Origin: an uncultured delta proteobacterium
GTDB lineage: Bacteria; Desulfobacterota; Zymogenia; Zymogenales; Zymogenaceae
Direction of reading: 5' to 3'
Length of the DNA stretch: 64,000 bases
NCBI GenBank assembly: GCA_963792965.1
Contig: CAWBYW010000004.1
Coordinates: forward strand, 32,001 to 96,000
The translations under genes and the position numbers were made by a program. Within the stretch, counting starts at the first letter, position 1. Every line of letters begins with the position of its first letter. The notes under the pieces are model-generated. The model was not told the origin of the DNA. It searched no databases and was given only the letters and a program-made list of their open reading frames with translations. Positions 60,895-64,000 of the stretch are shown here, one piece after another.

Positions 60895-61224
60895 TCATAC
60901 CGAAACCAGTATCACCCCCAGCGTGATCACGCCGATGCCGACGGTTTTGAGGAGTGTCATGCTCTCCTTGAATATGAGGATCGAGACGAGGGTCACCAGT
61001 ATGATGCTCCCGGCGGAGAAGATCGGGTACGCGATGTTCAGGCTGATGCCTTTCAGGGACCTCGTATAGAACACGGCGTTTAACGCGCCGAGGAGGAGCC
61101 CGACCCCGATCAGAGCCAGGCTGAGCATCCTCTGCTCGCTGTGCACGCTCGAGTATTTATAGAAGACGTTCGAGCCGCCGTTAAGCAGCACGGCGAAGAT
61201 CAGAAGCGCGACATACTGGTTCAT
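60895..61224 (-). CDS. SMR/DMT-family small transporter
   Basis: 4 TM segments, LNIAYP, IFKE motifs; Asn at the usual TM1 Glu position. Confidence 0.82.
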   Translation of the reverse strand: MNQYVALLIFAVLLNGGSNVFYKYSSVHSEQRMLSLALIGVGLLLGALNAVFYTRSLKGISLNIAYPIFSAGSIILVTLVSILIFKESMTLLKTVGIGVITLGVILVSV

Positions 61225-61303
61225 GTTTCGTTATCCTTTCTTGCTTTGTCCAATCAATCAAAACGGACGAGATCGTAAACGGGGCTCGCCCCGCCTTTGA
61301 GCC

Positions 61304-61766
61304 TCACTCTTCAGGGTCGGTTCCCTTCTTGATATCCCGGTGAATCTTTTCCAGCGACGTTTTTCACGTTCTTATTCAGATCCTGGAACATCTCATACCG
61401 ATGCTCCAAATCCCTCAGCACTTTGTCGTACGATTTCAGCCTCGATTTTAAGAAGTCTATGTCCTTTCCGAGCTGCTCCTCATAGAAGAGCGAAGTGCCC
61501 GAAATCGGTGCTGCTTTTCAACGATTTCCAGAGATACGTATCGATCTTCGCTCCCAGAGATGGGGGAATCCGTAAAACTCGATCGCTTCCCGCACGATCA
61601 CGGAAGTACTCACTTGTCTCTTTTTCGATTCCCCTTCAATATATTCTATGAGCTCATGGGGGAGCCGTACCCCGATCTGCTTTTCGGACTTCGCTCTCCG
61701 GTTCTGTGCTGCGTCCGTGCCGTCCCGGCTCGGTGCGTCTCCATTCTGAAGGTCTTTAGTCGCCAT
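61304..61766 (-). CDS. Ribbon-helix-helix (CopG-like) protein with a coiled-coil tail, frameshifted
   Basis: KQIGVRLPHELIEYIEGESKKRQVSTSVIVREAI; continuation in other frames (FYEEQLGKDIDFLKSRLKSYDKVLRDLE) to TGA at 61304. Confidence 0.65.
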
Positions 61767-61800
61767 TTTTTATCACCTGGCTGAATACCATTATCATCAA

Positions 61801-61843
61801 TATTGCTAATCAATATACTAAGATATGATTAGCGATATGTCAA
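61801..61843 (-). promoter_or_regulatory. Promoter of the RHH gene with a 12-bp inverted repeat
   Basis: Minus strand TTGACA (61843-61838) -17 bp- TAGTAT (61820-61815); TATTGCTAATCA-N13-TGATTAGCGATA. Confidence 0.7.
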
Positions 61844-62008
61844 GATAAATCTCTATTTTCCACTTCCTCGGGCGCCGGGAAGACCTCTGGATGGCGCGGT
61901 TCGGGGGTAGGTGAGGGCCGCATTATTCTATTGACAGGTATATATTGTGAGTTACCATATATATTATGCATTGACTCTCGTTAAACCAGGAAGATGGAGG
62001 AGATGAAA

Positions 62009-62194
62009 ATGTCAGTGACAACAATAGTAGTGGTCCTGTTTATAGTTGGTGTCGTACTGTGGCTGGTCAATACATATATCCCCATGGACCGCAAGATCAA
62101 GACGATCCTGAACATCGTCGTGGTTATTCTGGTGGTGCTCTGGCTGCTGCGCGCTTTGGGCGTGGTCTCTACGATTGGGGGTGTTCGTCTCTGA
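62009..62194 (+). CDS. Thivi_2564-family small membrane protein
   Basis: IVGVVLWLVNTYIPMDRKIKTILNIVVVI. Confidence 0.85.
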   Translation: MSVTTIVVVLFIVGVVLWLVNTYIPMDRKIKTILNIVVVILVVLWLLRALGVVSTIGGVRL

Positions 62195-62349
62195 CCATGA
62201 TACGATAACCGCTTTTCGCCTTCCCCTCTTGGGGGGAGGTGAAAGCGGAGGAAAGGCTCGCGCTCCCGCCACGCTCAACCCTCGTTCTTTTCCCCTTGCC
62301 ATTCACGTCTGAATTCGCTACACTTTCCGCAATAGGGCGGACGCCGGGC

Positions 62350-62622
62350 CGCCCGGACGTCAGGCCTCATCTCGTTGGTCACGGTGGGACGGGGCGAGCG
62401 CCGTGCCCGGCCGATAGAGAGCGGGGCCAGGGCCCAGGATGCCGCGGCGGTGATCCACGCCGACCTCGCCCGGAGGTTCATCCGGGCGGAGGGCGTGTCG
62501 TACCACGATTTCGTCTCCGACGGGGGCTTTGCCGAGTGCAAGAAGCGGGGGATCTTTCGGCTCGGGGGAAGGGCTGCGTCGTCAAGGACGGCGACATCCT
62601 CTCGATCAAGGCGGGCTTTTGA
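62350..62622 (+). pseudogene. Diverged YchF C-terminal (TGS/DUF933) fragment
   Basis: GLISLVTVG...AQDAAAVIHADLARRFIRAE...then GKGCVVKDGDILSIK in a shifted frame; no N-terminal G-domain. Confidence 0.8.
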
Positions 62623-63229
62623 GGTTGTTCCGGCCCTCTCTATATGCAGGGTAGTTCTTGAAGAAAATCCTGCGGACATCTTCCGGAACCCGGTTTGCCG
62701 GGCACGAGAGGTTAAAACAGCGACTGCATTGCGTCCGCAACACGACCCATCCCCATGAGAACGCCGCCCAGCTGGTAATGAGCAGTAAAAGCCACTGTCT
62801 TGCGATGACGAAAAACGGGACGTAATAAAGGAAGAGAACGATGATACAACCGACCCAGATGATTCTCTCCACGTGGCTCATCGGTTCTACCGACCGCTTC
62901 GGAATCTTTGGGAGTCCCCAGTTGGCGTGGCATCGGAGGAAGGGGCCGTCCTCGGCGTAATGGGGACAGTGCCGACAAAGCAGCACTTCCTCGACATACA
63001 AAAAGAAAACGGCTGCAAGCATGAGCCACGCGCCCAGGCCGATCCAGAACCTGCCGATGATCATCCCCGCCATAAAGGGGATCAGCCACCCCATGAAAGG
63101 AATCGCGAAGTCAAGGAGATCCAATCGAGTGTGGACGCACAGGAGCTTGCCCTCGATCTCACACCCGTCGCACTCGATCCTGACGCATGCCTTGGCGGTC
63201 TCTTTTTTGCCTCTTTTCATGTCCGGCAT
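62606..63229 (-). CDS. Cys-rich 4-TM membrane protein of unknown function
   Basis: Cx4CxxCx7C, CRHCPHY...CH and CSRCFNLSCP clusters flanking two TM hairpins. Confidence 0.75.
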   Translation of the reverse strand: MPDMKRGKKETAKACVRIECDGCEIEGKLLCVHTRLDLLDFAIPFMGWLIPFMAGMIIGRFWIGLGAWLMLAAVFFLYVEEVLLCRHCPHYAEDGPFLRCHANWGLPKIPKRSVEPMSHVERIIWVGCIIVLFLYYVPFFVIARQWLLLLITSWAAFSWGWVVLRTQCSRCFNLSCPANRVPEDVRRIFFKNYPAYREGRNNLKSPP

Positions 63230-63524
63230 AGGAATTATCCTGCTTGTTTCCGACGACGAGCACCGCACTTTCTGAGAAAGCCAAAGGGGAGGGTACGGGA
63301 TTACACATTAAGGGTAATCCATTAGAGGGCACTGCGTCAAGGGGAAAAAACGCCGGCCGAAAGAAGTCTTTTTCTCACGACGGTTGTTGGTCCGACCGGG
63401 GGTTCTCGTCCTTGTTTCGTGCGACCGATCTTTGACTTATCGCCTGCCTTCCTGCCTCCCTCTTTTCTCCTTGCCTTTCGTGCCCCGATTCGCTACACTT
63501 TCCGGGATATTCGTGAGGACGGGG

Positions 63525-63977
63525 ATGAAGCGACTCTTATTCATACTGGGCCTTTCGTCTGTGCTGATGGGCGCACAGCTCCCGGACATGGGCGCCGTCT
63601 TTTACTGGCGGGCGCAGTCCTATGACAGCGACATCGGCGATTCGGGTACGCGGCAGGCGATCGTCGAATATACGTCATACCTCCTGGTATACCCGCACGA
63701 CGATTTTGTGTTGAGGATGCGGTCGATGGATTACGAGATGATCGGGGAGTACCGGCTGGCAACCCACGACGCGGAAACGGCGCTGATCTACAAAGGCGAC
63801 CCGATCTATTACTATTACATGGTGGGCGAATCGACGGGGAGCATCGCGTACCTGCGCAAGGCATGGAGCATGGCCTGCTCCCGGCACGACCGGGAGTTCA
63901 TGGAGCTTGTGGGAAGGCTGCTCTTGCTCTGCGAGCCGAGGTACCCCTACACGGCAAAGGACGTGGTTTTCCCCTGA
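63525..63977 (+). CDS. Putative secreted TPR-like protein
   Basis: Signal-peptide-like N-terminus; AIVEYTSYLLVYP...A..Y..A helical repeat pattern; preceded by a family C promoter module (63471-63499). Confidence 0.6.
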   Translation: MKRLLFILGLSSVLMGAQLPDMGAVFYWRAQSYDSDIGDSGTRQAIVEYTSYLLVYPHDDFVLRMRSMDYEMIGEYRLATHDAETALIYKGDPIYYYYMVGESTGSIAYLRKAWSMACSRHDREFMELVGRLLLLCEPRYPYTAKDVVFP

Positions 63978-64000
63978 GCGCGCGGAGGGCCGGCCGCATC

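Noticed and set aside
61225-61330. Guanidine riboswitch upstream of the SMR gene
   Set aside because: No paired ACGR-loop hairpins or ykkC consensus are visible, and the transporter lacks the Gdx TM1 Glu.
1-64000. Programmed frameshifting or mass pseudogenisation in more than 12 split genes
   Set aside because: The breaks hit unrelated genes whose motifs are otherwise intact, share no slippery motif, and come with few in-frame nonsense changes. Assembly indel errors are the simpler explanation; read mapping is needed.

Overview
GC-rich bacterial chromosomal segment. Gene content (lptB/lptC-A/kdsC, V4R proteins, Cys-rich PAS kinase, B12 aminomutase) suggests an anaerobic diderm, probably Desulfobacterota-like; this is an inference. 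Many otherwise intact genes are split by single-base frameshifts, most likely assembly indel errors, so apparent fusions and pseudogenes need read-level checks. Main blocks: (1) 1-28.9 kb, housekeeping and accessory genes: acyl-CoA synthetase-GNAT, ECF transporter, His-less PAS kinase, acyl-CoA dehydrogenase pair, pncA, tandem Zn-ribbon/receiver proteins, lptB, an LptC-LptA fusion, kdsC, two-domain thyX, maltose-type ABC transporter. (2) 29.2-43.6 kb, a co-directional arginine/ornithine catabolic cluster: ord-ortA-ortB-oraS-oraE, an inserted deacetylase-like gene, a GlmL-like reactivase, an ornithine racemase fused to a divergent arginase-fold domain, a TrmB regulator, an amino-acid permease, an arginine synthetase (ArcE)-like gene and carbamate kinase. 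A 13-bp palindromic operator lies over its promoter. (3) 43.9-64 kb, a variable region: AbfD-like gene lacking Fe-S cysteines, acyl-CoA ligase, GH29 fucosidase, MarR, ychF, DUF2239, an AT-rich islet with an ABC-ATPase/TOPRIM gene, and small orphan genes bracketed by four different families of short diverged direct repeats plus GGGGTCA-type palindromic elements. No rRNA, tRNA, CRISPR array, integrase or transposase was recognised.
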